A DNA stretch of 64,000 nucleotides from positions 72,292,001-72,356,000 of the forward strand of contig NC_043002.1 of assembly GCF_006345805.1 (NCBI RefSeq), in the 5' to 3' direction. The stretch comes from Octopus sinensis (Eukaryota). Position numbers and translations under genes: made by a program. A model generated the notes under the pieces. The model did not search any database and was not told the origin of the DNA. It saw only the letters and a program-made list of their open reading frames with translations. Shown piece after piece: positions 41,174-53,186 of this stretch. Position 1 is the stretch's first letter. Every line of letters begins with the position of its first letter.

Positions 41174-41549
41174 CAAACATAACACAAACAAACAAAGTCA
41201 TGCTGCTTTTACAATATTGAAAAATGCATCTGCCGTTTCCGTCAGCGAAGAGAATCTGAAGCAAAATGTTCGATAATGGTGATTTGATAGCAGGAAATCC
41301 TGACTATTTTTCAATTTTTATCCTTCACTAAGATTCGGTTTGAATTTCTATCTGCTAAAGAGAGTCGAAATCAAATTATCGCCATCACTGGTTATTATTG
41401 TTGTTGTTGATGTCGTTTACCAGTCTCCTGCTCTTTCCTCTACTTCCTCTCCCTGTCCTCCTCTTTTCCTCTTCTTCTTCTTCCCCTCCTTCTCTTCTTC
41501 ACCCTCTTCCTCTTTCTCCTCTTCCTATTTGTCCCTCCTCTTCCCTATT

Positions 41550-41586
<37 letters not shown>

Positions 41587-41667
41587 CATCATTATCATCA
41601 TCAGCGGTAATAATAGCAGTAGGAGTACTAGTAGTTGTTTTATCATCACCATCATCATCATCATCAT

Positions 41668-41790
41668 CACAGGGATACAGGCATCCAGCAACAGGACCTC
41701 CGTAATGCTATGATGGACCGTGAAGTCTGGCGTAGCATAGTAAATTCCATTGTCTCGACCACGGTCGAACAATGATGATGATGATGATCA
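41668..41790 (+). pseudogene. RTE-clade LINE 3' end
   Basis: DTGIQQQDLRNAMMDREVWRSIVNSIVSTTVEQ* followed by (GAT)n tail. Confidence 0.75.
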
Positions 41791-42084
41791 TTATCAATAG
41801 TAGTAGTAGTAGTAGTAGTAGAGTAGTAGTAGTAGCAGTTGTAGTAATTTTGATTCACCCAGTTGCATGTCATGTTTTCCATTTGTGACATTGGAATAAA
41901 ATGTCTGAATCTCAGACTTTAAACATCCGATATTTTCATACTTCGTCGTGTGTTTTCTGTTTCTCCGACCACGCTTCATCGCCTCAAATGGGCGGCGAAG
42001 CATAGTCATACAAAGGATGTAAAGCATTCGACCAGTTTTAAAGAACTTATTTCTTTTTGCTCTTGAAATATCATAGGAAAGTAT

Positions 42085-42477
42085 GACTTGGTCTTGTATG
42101 ATTTACCAGCTGTACAATATCACAACTCCACCGAGAATGTGCCACTTCTAAACTGTTAAAGCATTCAACACTTACCCTATTTTAACGTGTATAAGGAACC
42201 CCTTAAATTTTGTGGGCTTAAAATTTGGCAAAAGGGTTTTGTAAGGGATTATAATACTATCCATGTATACTCTTTTACTCTCTTTACTCTTTTACTTGTT
42301 TCAGTCATTTGACTGTGGCCATGCTCGAGCACCGCCTTTAGTCGAAAAAATCGCCCCCAGGACTTATTATTTGTAAGCCTAGTACTTATTCTATCGGTCT
42401 CTTTTGCCGAACCGCTACGTTACGGAGACGTAAACACACAGGCATCGGTTGTCAAGCATAGTTGGAGGACAAACACA

Positions 42478-42519
<42 letters not shown>

Positions 42520-42828
42520 TATATACATAAATATATACAACGGGCTTCTTTCAGTTTCCGTCAACCAAATCCACTCACAAGGCTTTGGTCGGCCCAAGGC
42601 TATAGTAGAAGAGACTTGCCTAGGGTGCCACGCAGTGGAACTGAACCCAGAACCATGTGGTTCGTAAGCAAGCTTCTTACCACACAGCCACTCCTGCACC
42701 CAAAATTTAGGGGGTTCCTTATACACGTTAAAATAGGGTAAGTGTTGAATGCTGTAACAGTTTAGAAGTAGCACATTCTCGGTGGAGTTGTGATATTGTA
42801 CAGCTGGTAAATCATACAAGACCAAGTC
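42085..42828. repeat. 128-bp near-perfect inverted repeat enclosing an S2 SINE
   Basis: 42085-42212 versus reverse complement of 42701-42828: 3 mismatches. Confidence 0.9.
42268..42700 (-). mobile_element. S2 SINE, near full length
   Basis: Tail TACTCTTTTACTTGTTTCAGTC to head CACACAGCCACTCCTGCACC in reverse orientation. Confidence 0.85.
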
Positions 42829-43284
42829 ACGACGGTCACCATTGTGTACGACGGTCACCATTGCGAATGGTCGAACGCTATGCATCCTTTGAAAGAAAAA
42901 AGAAAAAATCTCTCCTCTGTCTTGTAATGTTCTAACATGGAGGAGGGACTGATTGACCAATGAAGGGCGCTGTAGCATGAACTCAAAAGATACAATATTC
43001 ATAGAGGTATTCTTTGCCAGACTAACGTACTTGAATAGAGCAACAGTATAATGGATAAGGGGTACACATTGCTTGGGGGGAGGGGAGCAACGGTATAAAC
43101 ACGAGTATCAAGGTTTGCATCGCCATAAAAGGAAAGCAAACAGTATTACAGTTAAATTAGAACAGGAACCAAATGCTATTTGAACAAAAAGCCCAAACGG
43201 ATAACAAGTTCAAGAATACTTATCGGAAAGCGATGCTATGACATTTTAATCACTATTTATGTTTCTACGGTGATCGATATGATA

Positions 43285-44600
43285 TTATTGATGATGATGA
43301 TGATGATGATGATGAGGAGGAGGAGGAGGAGGAGGAGGATGAGGTAGATGAGGAGGAGAAGGAGAAAAAGGACGACAAAGATGATGACGACGACGAGGAT
43401 GACGATGGCGATGGAGAAGGGGATGACGATGATGATGATGATGACGATGATGATGATGATGACGAAGACGACGATGTCATTGTAGTCATCATCATCACCA
43501 TGACGGCGACGGTGATGATGATGACGATGACGTCGACATCGACGGCGACGTCGAGGATAATGATGATGATGATGATGATGATGATGCTTAAACCTCAAGT
43601 CTACTCTAATCAAGTTCATCTGTGATCGAAGGCTAAACGTTACACGAATTGATGTCTGAAACTGAACCACGGCGACCGAGAGCAGAAAGCACTGAAAGAG
43701 ATCGATTCACTTCTGACAGTCAAGGCATTTCCTATAGGCAGTCTCACCCAGCTATCGACGGTCTACATATGGAGATGATGCCGACGACGACGACAATAAT
43801 GATGCTGGTGATGATGATGACTATAATGATACTGATGCGGATGATGATGATGACGAAAATGATGTTGACGAAAATGATTTTGACAACGATGCTGCTGCTG
43901 CTGATGATGATGACAGTAATGATGCTGGGGCTGATGATGACGAAGATGATGTTGACGACGATGCTGCTGCTGCTGCTGCTGATGACAATAATGATGCTGG
44001 GGCTGATGATGACGAAGATGATGTTGACGAAGATGATGTTGACGAGGATGATGACAATAATGATGCCCATGCTGATGATAATGACGAAGATGATGTTGAC
44101 GGCAATAATGATGCTGCTGCTTATGATGATGACAGTAATGATGCTGATACTGATGATGATGATGACGAAAATGATGTTGACGACGATGATGATGCTGACG
44201 ATATTGTTATTTCCAGTATTGTTTCTTGTTATCGTTGTTTGTTATTGTTTTTTTTGTTATTTGTTTTTACCTGTTATTTTTGTTGTTGTTGTTATTCTGC
44301 TTATAATTACTGATAATGTTATCATTGTTGTTTTTGTTGTTTTTTTTGTGCCTCTTTAATGTTGCTGTAACTATTGCCGTCGCTCTTGTTGCTATTACTG
44401 CAACTGTTATTAATATTATATTTCTTACGCTGCATTCCACTTTCTTTCCTTTTCTTAATACTTTTATCATCATTATTAATGCTGTTGTTGCTGTCATTAT
44501 AGTCGTTGTTGTTATTGTTGTTGAGTAGTAGTAGCAGTAGTAAATTTTTGTTGTTGTTATCGTCGTTGTCTTAGTACAATAATTACTATTATAGTTTTAG
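43285..44600. repeat. Compound trinucleotide arrays (GAT/GAC/GAG/GCT/GTT)
   Basis: Directly visible; 43774-44202 shows higher-order units of about 66-78 bp. Confidence 0.9.
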
Positions 44601-45188
44601 AACGTTGAGCTCTATCCTCCGAGGCGTGTAACGTAATCTCGTTATTTTCAGTTTTAAAGAACTTATTTCTTTTTGCTCTTGAAATATCATAGGAAAGTAT
44701 ATACATATATATATAAAAGCTACAAGAAATATCATAATGAAAAAAGAAATACACCATAAAAAAGATAATTTATAAACAAACGAAAACAAGCAGGAAAAGA
44801 AATCGTTTCATCTTAATTCCCAATAGAGAAATATGGCGGCAGGTGAGATTTGATTCAGCGAGAAAAGTATGAAAAATGAATAATCCTTGTAGACTAGAAG
44901 CAAAAACAAATAGAAAGAAATCCTATTATATACAGAAGAGAGACATACTACACCTGGGTACATACATACTCACAGCAATAATTTGTGGAGGAAGTAAATA
45001 TATGAAATAAACAGAAAATACAGAAAAATGCAGACTGGACGAAATCAGATTGACGTTCAGATTAATGGCCAATAGTGATTACTAATGTGGACTTGTGTAA
45101 ATGCCGCATTTTATAAACGTTGCTGTTTCGATTTTAGTGCATGGATTTTATAGATCTTCATAATATCGTTTCCACATATCCGTTATTG

Positions 45189-45271
<83 letters not shown>

Positions 45272-45289
45272 TATTATTATTATTATTAT

Positions 45290-45975
45290 TTGAAAACCCA
45301 CAGCTTATTTTGCTAGGTATGGCGGAAAGGGTCAGCTGTCCACAGCCAGCAGACTAAGGTGACACTTGTTTACTGGTCATGCTTCGAGAACCCTGCGAAG
45401 AATTCTTGCAGTTCCAAGCAATGCTGTGTTTTGTAGGTGTTCTACCTTCACACTAGTCCCTATCTTTCTCAGCCATGTTGGTAGTTGAGTGCTGATACTT
45501 CCAAGTGCACCAATTACTATTGGTATCTCGTCTACTCTGTTCATGGACCTCAACCTTCGTATTTCTCACTTCAAATCGTCATAATTGTTTATTTTTCCTT
45601 CTTTCACATTGATCCTATTGTCACCGGGGCCTGCTATGTCGATTATCATACATGTTCTTTCTCTTTTATTCACCACAGTAATGTCCGGTTTCCTATGTCT
45701 GGTCGGGTGATCACACTGGATCATTGCATCCCACAGGATTTTGCAATTCCCATTGTCGGTGATTCCTTCTGGAGTTTTCTCATACCACGACTTTGCTCTT
45801 TCTAAGCCGTGATTTCCACAGCTCCCAATGGATCATTCTTGTCGTATTGTCGTGGCGTTTTTTGTATTCGCATTGCGCCAATTTCGGCCATTCGCTAGCG
45901 ATGTGCCATACCGTTTCACCCCTCTCACCATACATTCTGCATTTATCGCTACCGGTAGTGTTGTCTATTCTATTG
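45290..45975 (-). pseudogene. Third R4/Dong-type RLE retrotransposon 3' fragment
   Basis: Minus strand: DKCRMYGERGETVWHIASE, YKKRHDN, HRKPDITVV...IIDIAGPGD, IPIVIGALG, TALLGTARILRRVLEA*; TAA tail adjacent at 45240-45290. Confidence 0.88.
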
Positions 45976-46147
45976 TTGTTGTTGTTGTTATTGTGTTGAG
46001 TTCAAATTCCGTCTTAGTTGACTTTGCCTTTCATCCTTTCGGAAACGATGAAATAAGTACCAGTTGAACACTGGGGTCAATTTAAATCGATTATTCCCAT
46101 ACCCCAAAGTTTCAGGTCTTGTGCTTATAAAGATTATTATTATTATT

Positions 46148-46178
<31 letters not shown>

Positions 46179-46369
46179 CTGTTGTTGTTGATGAGGATCA
46201 ACTAACCGGTCTGTTTCAGAGAACTTTCGGGCCTGGGCCCATGGATAACTTCCAGAAATCCCTTGGCTGAAAAAGGGTTTAGCCTCCAACTGACGAAGTT
46301 TCTCCATTAGGGATTGACACTCCAGTTTTATTAACGGTCGAAAAGTGAGATAGTTATGAAAGACTTTTA

Positions 46370-46761
46370 AGACCAAACGGCCAGGAAAACTGACGGAAAG
46401 GGTCTTGCTCCACCACACAAGCCCTTGCTTTCAATGGCTGCTAGTGTGGTTGTGGCTTTGAACTGGTTGATTACACTCCCTTTTCTTCTGATTTGGCCCC
46501 ATGTGACTACAACCTGTTCCTCAACATGAAAAAGCACTTGGTTAGGAACCAGTATCGCAGTGATGATGACGCCATATCTGATGTTAATGACTTTTTTGCG
46601 TAACTGGATAAAAGCTTCTTCCTCAATGGGATCCAAGTACTGCAACATCGTTGGAAGAATTGTGTGGATCGCAAGAAGGACTATGTTGAAAAATTAACCT
46701 CATGTGGTCACATTCCATGAGAGTATCGTGGTCAGCCTATGAACTTTTCAGTTGACCCTCG
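46370..46761 (+). pseudogene. Mariner transposase 3' remnant with right TIR
   Basis: YTPFSSDLAPCDYNLFLNMKK (YSPDLAP-D motif) and HRWKNCVDRKKDYVEK; ends AACTTTTCAGTTGACCCTCG|TA. Confidence 0.85.
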
Positions 46762-48164
46762 TATAACTGAATTGATTGAAGTAACGCGAAATAAACTATC
46801 TTGCTCAGCTGACCTGTCCCGGAACTGAACGCACGAGCTTACGATTATGAACCGAAGCCTTTAATTTTTAGGCGTAGGCATCTTCACAAATACGATATGC
46901 ATGACATCTATATTATCAAACGTTAACGCAGTAATTCTGTATGCTTGAATTACATCATTTCATTTACTATGGCACATCAGGATTTCCAAATACCATGAGT
47001 GTTTTGGTTTACCTTGAAATGTTTTACAACGAAATACCAGTATTCCCTGCTGTTAGTTTGTAATTTAGGGAGTGTACTTATCTTATCCTTTTTTTAAATT
47101 CATTTTTGTTGTTATTGTCCATTTACTTTCGTATGTTATATACTTTCTCAGTTCATCACGTGATTATCCAGATAGCATAATGTTATACAAGTACGATGCT
47201 TTACTATTAAGTCTTTGCTAATTTTTCCTATCTTCTTTCCTCTGAAGACTGGTTCTTATATTACATTACCAAATTCTAAATTATGTTTAGCTTACAGGAT
47301 GTTATCTTTTCACATCTACTCACGAATGTACTCCATCAAAGTTGCCATGTACGCCATAGTAATAAAATATTTTGTGCAAAATTTATGACCTTATTTATTG
47401 AGCTACCTTATTTTCTCGCTCAGTAGAAGAGCCCCATGATTTCAATCTTAGAATATGTAAAAATCTATTGATTTCACTTATGGTACAGAGATCAGTCAGA
47501 CAACGTCGTTTGTATCTTCACAAAGTTTGTTTTTAAATACTTGTATGTTTGGGAAAGATCACTGTGAAAGACAGATTGATAATAGGTTTGGAACATGGAT
47601 AACATAAAAACTATCTAGTAGTTCTCAAACGCAAACAATAGATAAGAGCAAGTGGGGGTGACTTTGCGTAATTGATCGACCTTCAAGAAATAGCAACCAG
47701 ATCTCTCTCAAAGCACACTCTAATTATAATAGAACAGGACTTCTCGACTCATTTTCGTTCAATTTACACACAGGTAGCTTTTTGAGATAAATTCCGTCCC
47801 CCTCTCACTCTGTTATCTTCAGTTATTTGAGTTTAGCTCTTCTGCCACAATAAAACTTCAGGCGAAGAGGAAATTTAAAATACTGTTGTTAAGCATTGTT
47901 AATTGGAACACAAATAACTATTTCATATTTTGGCTCAAGGCCAACGCTTTTCCTAGAGGCAAAGGGGGTTAGTCGATTACATAGACCCCCACTATTTGAC
48001 TAGTATTCTATTTTGTCGACCCTCAAAGGATGACAGGCAAAGTTGACCTCGGCGGGATTTGAGCTCAAAACGTAAAGAACCGGAAGAATTTCCACCAAGC
48101 ACTTTGTCCGATGTGCTACCAATTCTTCCTGGTCACCATCTTGTTTTACACACATGCATAGGCA

Positions 48165-48570
48165 CAGGCGCGGCTGTGTGGTAAGAAGTTTGCTTCCCAA
48201 CTAATGGTTCCGAGTTCAGACCCACTGCGTGGCACCTTGGGCAAATGTCTTCTACTCTAGCCTTAGGTCGACCAAAATCTTGTGGGTAGATTTGGTAGAC
48301 AGAAGCTGAAAGAAGCTCATCGTATATGTGTGTATGCGTATGCGTATGTGTGTGTGTGTTTGTGAGTGCGTGTGTGTGTGTGTTTGTCTCCCAACGCCAC
48401 TTGACCACAAGTGTTGGTATGTTTATGTCCCTATAACTTAGCTCGGCAAATGAGACAGAAAGAATGGGTAATAGGCTTAAAAAAGTAATGGGGTTGATTC
48501 ATTTTACTAAAATTTCTTCAAGGCAGTGCCCCAGCATGGTCGCAGTCTAATGACTGAAACAAGTAAAGGA
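48165..48570 (+). mobile_element. S2 SINE copy
   Basis: GGCGCGGCTGTGTGGTAAGAAG head through GACTGAAACAAGTAAAGG tail. Confidence 0.75.
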
Positions 48571-49057
48571 TAAAAAATATTGATGAACAAACACAGTCTT
48601 CCGTGCACCAGATTACTCTATTACCATCACAGGCGGCAAGCTGGTGGAATTGTCAGCGCGTCGAACAAAATGCTTAGCAACCTAACTTCAGGGTCTTTAT
48701 GTTCTGTTTTTAAATCTCTCTATGGCCAACTTTACCTTTCATCCCTTCAGGGGTCAATAAAATAAAGCACCAGTCAATCAAATACCGAGGTCGATGTAAT
48801 CGCCATGTACCCGCCCCTCAAAAAATGATGGCCTGGCCTTGAATCCTGCATTGAATCGGCGGCGTCCCATTCAAGAGGAATGTGATCTCGGCCTCGTGTA
48901 CGCCGTGGAAACAGAGTAACCTCATGTGTCCTTTGTCTCAAGAAAAAAAAACATTAAGAAGTATACAATAGCTCCTTCCCGAGTCATATAGACTCACAGG
49001 GCCGTTTTCCCGATTTCCATGGCATGTATACCCCCACCCCCGCCACCAGGACGAGAC

Positions 49058-49600
49058 GCGAATATTTTTCCCCGTGAGTTCTGGACCCCAGTAATAAACT
49101 CATTTGCATACAGCCAATCAGAGCTCACCTTGACCATGTCAAGTTAGCAAACACACTCTACCAAGTTAACTCAAGACGAAGAACGGTGTTGTAAGTCGAC
49201 CGATCGCTCCAGTTATGCGTGGTTTTAGGAGACAAGTAATTAGATAGATTTGCATCTATACTTATTATCGGATTTTGTTAGGGCCCCATATGGTAAAGAG
49301 AGGATGGGGAAAATGTGGGTAGAGGGTGATGTGCTAGCAGCCCTCCCCTTTAACTGTTTTAGAAAGTAAACAACAACACAAATAACTACGCAGAGGCAGC
49401 CATGGTTGAAACAAGAACAAGAACAACAAGCATTCTTTAAAGAGAAAAGAAGCATGGTCATTCCTTATCCAAGTGACCTTATCTTATCGCTCATCACTTG
49501 TTATGCGCAGATAAATTAGTTTAATTGTTGAGCTCCGATTGGTTGTATGCAAATGAGTTCATGACTGGGGTCCGGAACTCACGTGGGAAAAATTTTTCGC
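49058..49600. mobile_element. Mutator-like MITE (543 bp) nested in a SINE
   Basis: About 70-bp imperfect TIRs (49058-49127 / 49529-49600); degenerate 9-bp TSD GGACGAGAC / AGACGGGAC; splits a minus-strand tRNA SINE (48975-49057 and 49601-49770). Confidence 0.7.
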
Positions 49601-50624
49601 AGACGGGACACCGGTCCATCACATGATTACCAAATTTTGTCAGCTGAGTGAACTGGAGCAACGTGAAATGCAGTGTTTTGCTCAAGAACACAACGCGCCG
49701 CCCGGTCGAAGAATCGAAACCACAATCTTACGATCATGAGTCCAACCCCTATCAACTAAGCTGTATCTATTATATAAAATCGTTCTGTCTGTCTGTGTCT
49801 GTGTCTTCTAGGATCTCGGGCATCCTCCATCCGATTGCGCTCAAATTTGTTATGTAGATACCGACGGTATCAGGGCGTGTATAAGTTTTGAAAAAATTAC
49901 AAAAATCGATTCTAGGTGAGAATGCGATCGATAAAGCCGTGGGAACGTGCATTTGTACGCACAAGTACATCAGTTGTTGCGATGTACTTACTGGAACTTT
50001 AAACTCTTCGGTTGCATATTTGTATGAATAAAATCGTTTTTCTTTGGAATAGAAAAAAGTCTATCTTTATTTCTTCTCAATTCGGGTTAAATCAGTGTTT
50101 CTCAAAGGGGAGGCCTATGGGACGGTCGGACATGTTGTTTTGAGAAAATTTGGTTTAAATGTTTGACAACTCAGCACCGTCCATTGGACGCGGGGGGGGG
50201 GGCTTTTGCTCGTACAATATAGATCATTAAATCCGAAGTGACGGAAAGGCAGGAAAAAAAAGTGTTTCTATTTCATTTATATATTTATTGGCATTCCTTC
50301 GGTATTGGTTTAGAGAGTGCAGGTATGCATAGACGACATCATTCACCCTCTATTTCACCATAGCCCCCTTTATCTATATCCTGAGAGAAGGTTGTGTGGG
50401 TGAATGACATAGTGTACCAATATCGAAGGCCTGCCTATTCATTGGTTTGTTTATTTATTTTCCCACTAATAGGCCTACTTCCAGCTTTCTTGTCAATCAC
50501 AAAATTTCTTAACGAAATTATAATTGAAGAAAACAAAATAAGTACAAATCCAGAATCAACAAATCTAGTCGAAATTTACTCCCTTGGGAACCCTTGCAGC
50601 ATAAGAGAAAAACTGTTACTAAAT

Positions 50625-50666
<42 letters not shown>

Positions 50667-50894
50667 AGATATTTAACCTTATTGATACCAACCCTCCTGA
50701 GACCACCCATCCTGGCTCTATGATATAAATTTCCTGTTTTAAAGCTGATCTAATCAAAACCTCCCATCAAAATTTTCTTGTTAATTTGTATTCCAAACAT
50801 CAGCTTAAGCAATGTCGTTTTTATTTTAATAAATTCTTCGTTATTTTCGAAATTAATTGAAAAAAAAGCGGTGTTTTCCAACAGAAATGTGGTG

Positions 50895-51090
50895 CGAAAT
50901 ATGAACGACAACATATGGACCACCAGGGTGACGGGACGAACACCATGACAATAGACAAGATCAAGAGGCCGACCAAAGACAAGATAGCGAGATGATCTTA
51001 CCCGCCACCTGGGGCCTACATATCTACAATTGGTCAGAAACAGACAACGGTGGCAGGAATCCAACAGAGGGGCTCTTTTTTCAGGAATGA
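50895..51090 (+). pseudogene. RTE-clade LINE C-terminal fragment
   Basis: RNMNDNIWTTRVT...RSRGRPKTR*RDDLTRHLGP...RNRQRW. Confidence 0.8.
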
Positions 51091-51215
51091 TGAATTTCTG
51101 GTATTGGATGGTATTGAAAGTGTGAATTTAAGACAGTCGCTGAAAGTACAGTCGAAGAAAAGAAATATGCATTAGTTTTTAAATACCGTCAGTTATAAAA
51201 ATCAGGCGTTAAACT

Positions 51216-51642
51216 CAGAGCCGGATTAAGACCCATCGAGGCCCTAAGCACTTAAAAGATCTTGGTGCTCCTAAAAAATATTATGTAATTCAAAATATAA
51301 ACATTAACAAAGCAGAAAATATGTTTTTATTTTTAGAAACGAAACAAAACAGTAAAATGGAAAATAATGTTTATTTTTGTATACTTCCACTTTATTTATA
51401 TTTGAAAAGTTTCCTCCTACTTTTTTGAATTGCAAAGTCTTTGATCAGATCCTCAAAATTAATCTTAGGTAACACATCTGCATCTATACTTAGTAGAGAT
51501 AAAGGTATCCCGAATATTACTTTAGCAAGTTTAAAGTGATTTTTTTAATGCTGTAAACCATTAAACTTTTTTGTGTGGTACCTCCTCTTTCCCTTGATGC
51601 CCTAAGAACGTGCCTATTTTCTTAACGGTTATTCCAGCGCTG
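51216..51642 (-). mobile_element. hAT deletion derivative (427 bp)
   Basis: Identical 8-bp TSD GTTAAACT (51208-51215, 51643-51650); imperfect TIRs CAGAGCCGGATTAA / TTATTCCAGCGCTG; minus strand retains LSLLSIDADVLPKINFEDLIKDFAIQKSRRKLF. Confidence 0.88.
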
Positions 51643-52380
51643 GTTAAACTGTAAGAGAGAATAAACCTAAACTGTAAAATAGTTAAAAGTGAAAATCTAA
51701 CTTAGTTGAACAACGGAAATTTTCTTACTAATAGATGTTAACCTGGAATAACCACTCCAAAAGCCTGAACGCTTTGCCAAATGCGTGTATCGTTGGTCTA
51801 GGGGACAGTAATATGAAACCTATGACATGCGTGTCAGTAGTGACACGCAGCGGTTTTTTTCTCTTCTTTTTTCTTCTTCTTTAGGTGAAAGGCGATGGAC
51901 TTTGAAAAGAAGTCTCCCGGCAATATTAGGTTATTAAAAGTTTATCGTGAGGCATTTATCGGAAACTAATGTATACACACATACACGCTTAAGTGTGTGT
52001 GATTGTGTATGTATATGTGCATATTTGTAAGTGCATATGTATATGTGTATGTTTGTAAGCGCATAAGTGTGTGTGTGTACACCCTGTCGGGGTTTACATT
52101 TTCTTTTTTATAAATCCTTATTAGTGTCAGCATACACACATCAATTTCCGAGTAATCAAAAAAAAAAAAAAAAAAGAAAAGAAAAGAAGAATAGACTTCT
52201 GCTTTCTACTAAGAATAAAAGATCACCTGGGCAAGCGAACATTACAGCTTGTTTCCATAACAAGCTTCAACCTCATGACAGTCTGTTATTATTTGAAAAA
52301 AAGAAGAAAAAGAAGAAAAACTTCCAAATACCCAAACACTAATACAATACTTCAGAGCACTACTGCAATAATAACTTAAG

Positions 52381-52530
52381 TGGAGGCGCAATAGCCCAGT
52401 GGTTAGGGCAGAGGACTCGCGGTCGTAAGAACGCGGTTTCGATTTCCAGACCGGGCATTCTGAGTGTTTATTGAGCAAAAATACATAAGTTCCACGAGGC
52501 TCAACTTTCTCTCACTCTTTCTTCCTACTT
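52381..52530 (+). mobile_element. S3 tRNA-SINE 5' fragment
   Basis: Matches the head of the 7313 element. Confidence 0.7.
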
Positions 52531-52974
52531 CTGCCACAAAGCAGAGGAACCATGGTGTAACTCACTATGGTGTGGTAAACTTTCAGACCCTAGTCTAGAT
52601 TGCGAATCCTCTGTACCCCAGGATGGTTCAGCTCTCCACCCGTTAAAAGCCACCGTTTACGGAATGAGGATAACAACGTAGCTTTCGCGCCCGTGCAACC
52701 GCCAGTCTATCGCGTGTGGTTGGTGGATCTTCAAGTTACCACACGCATTCTTAGTAGCTTAGAGTAGGCTCGAATGAGAGATTATTCTTTGTGGCTAATG
52801 GCGTGAGTCCTGAGAAGAAGAAGAAGAAGAAGAAGAAGAAGAAGAAGAAGAAGAAGAAGAAAACAATGTAAAAACACCATCCCTCGTCACTGAGTTTAAA
52901 CTAGCAAAATGGCGCATACATCTAGATATAACTACAGTGTTCAGTGTGTTTCTCATGATAATCCTATATTAGAT

Positions 52975-53186
52975 TCAAATTTTGACACGAGGTCAACATT
53001 TTGGTGGGAGGGCGCAAGTCAATTAGATCGACCCCAGCGTTCAACTGGTCCCTATTTTATCGACCCCGAAAGTATGAAAGGCGAAGTCGATCCTGGCGGC
53101 AATTTGAACTCAAAACGGAAAGTCGGAAGAAATGCCGCTAAGCATATTGTCTGGCATGCTAACGATTCTGCTAGCTCGCCGCCTTA
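52975..53186 (-). mobile_element. S1 SINE copy
   Basis: TTTTATCGACCCCGAAAG...CTAGCTCGCCGCC. Confidence 0.8.

Noticed and set aside
43649-44359. 236-aa Met/Thr/Leu-rich ORF
   Set aside because: It is the ATG frame of a GAT-type trinucleotide array; the composition is an artefact of the repeat.
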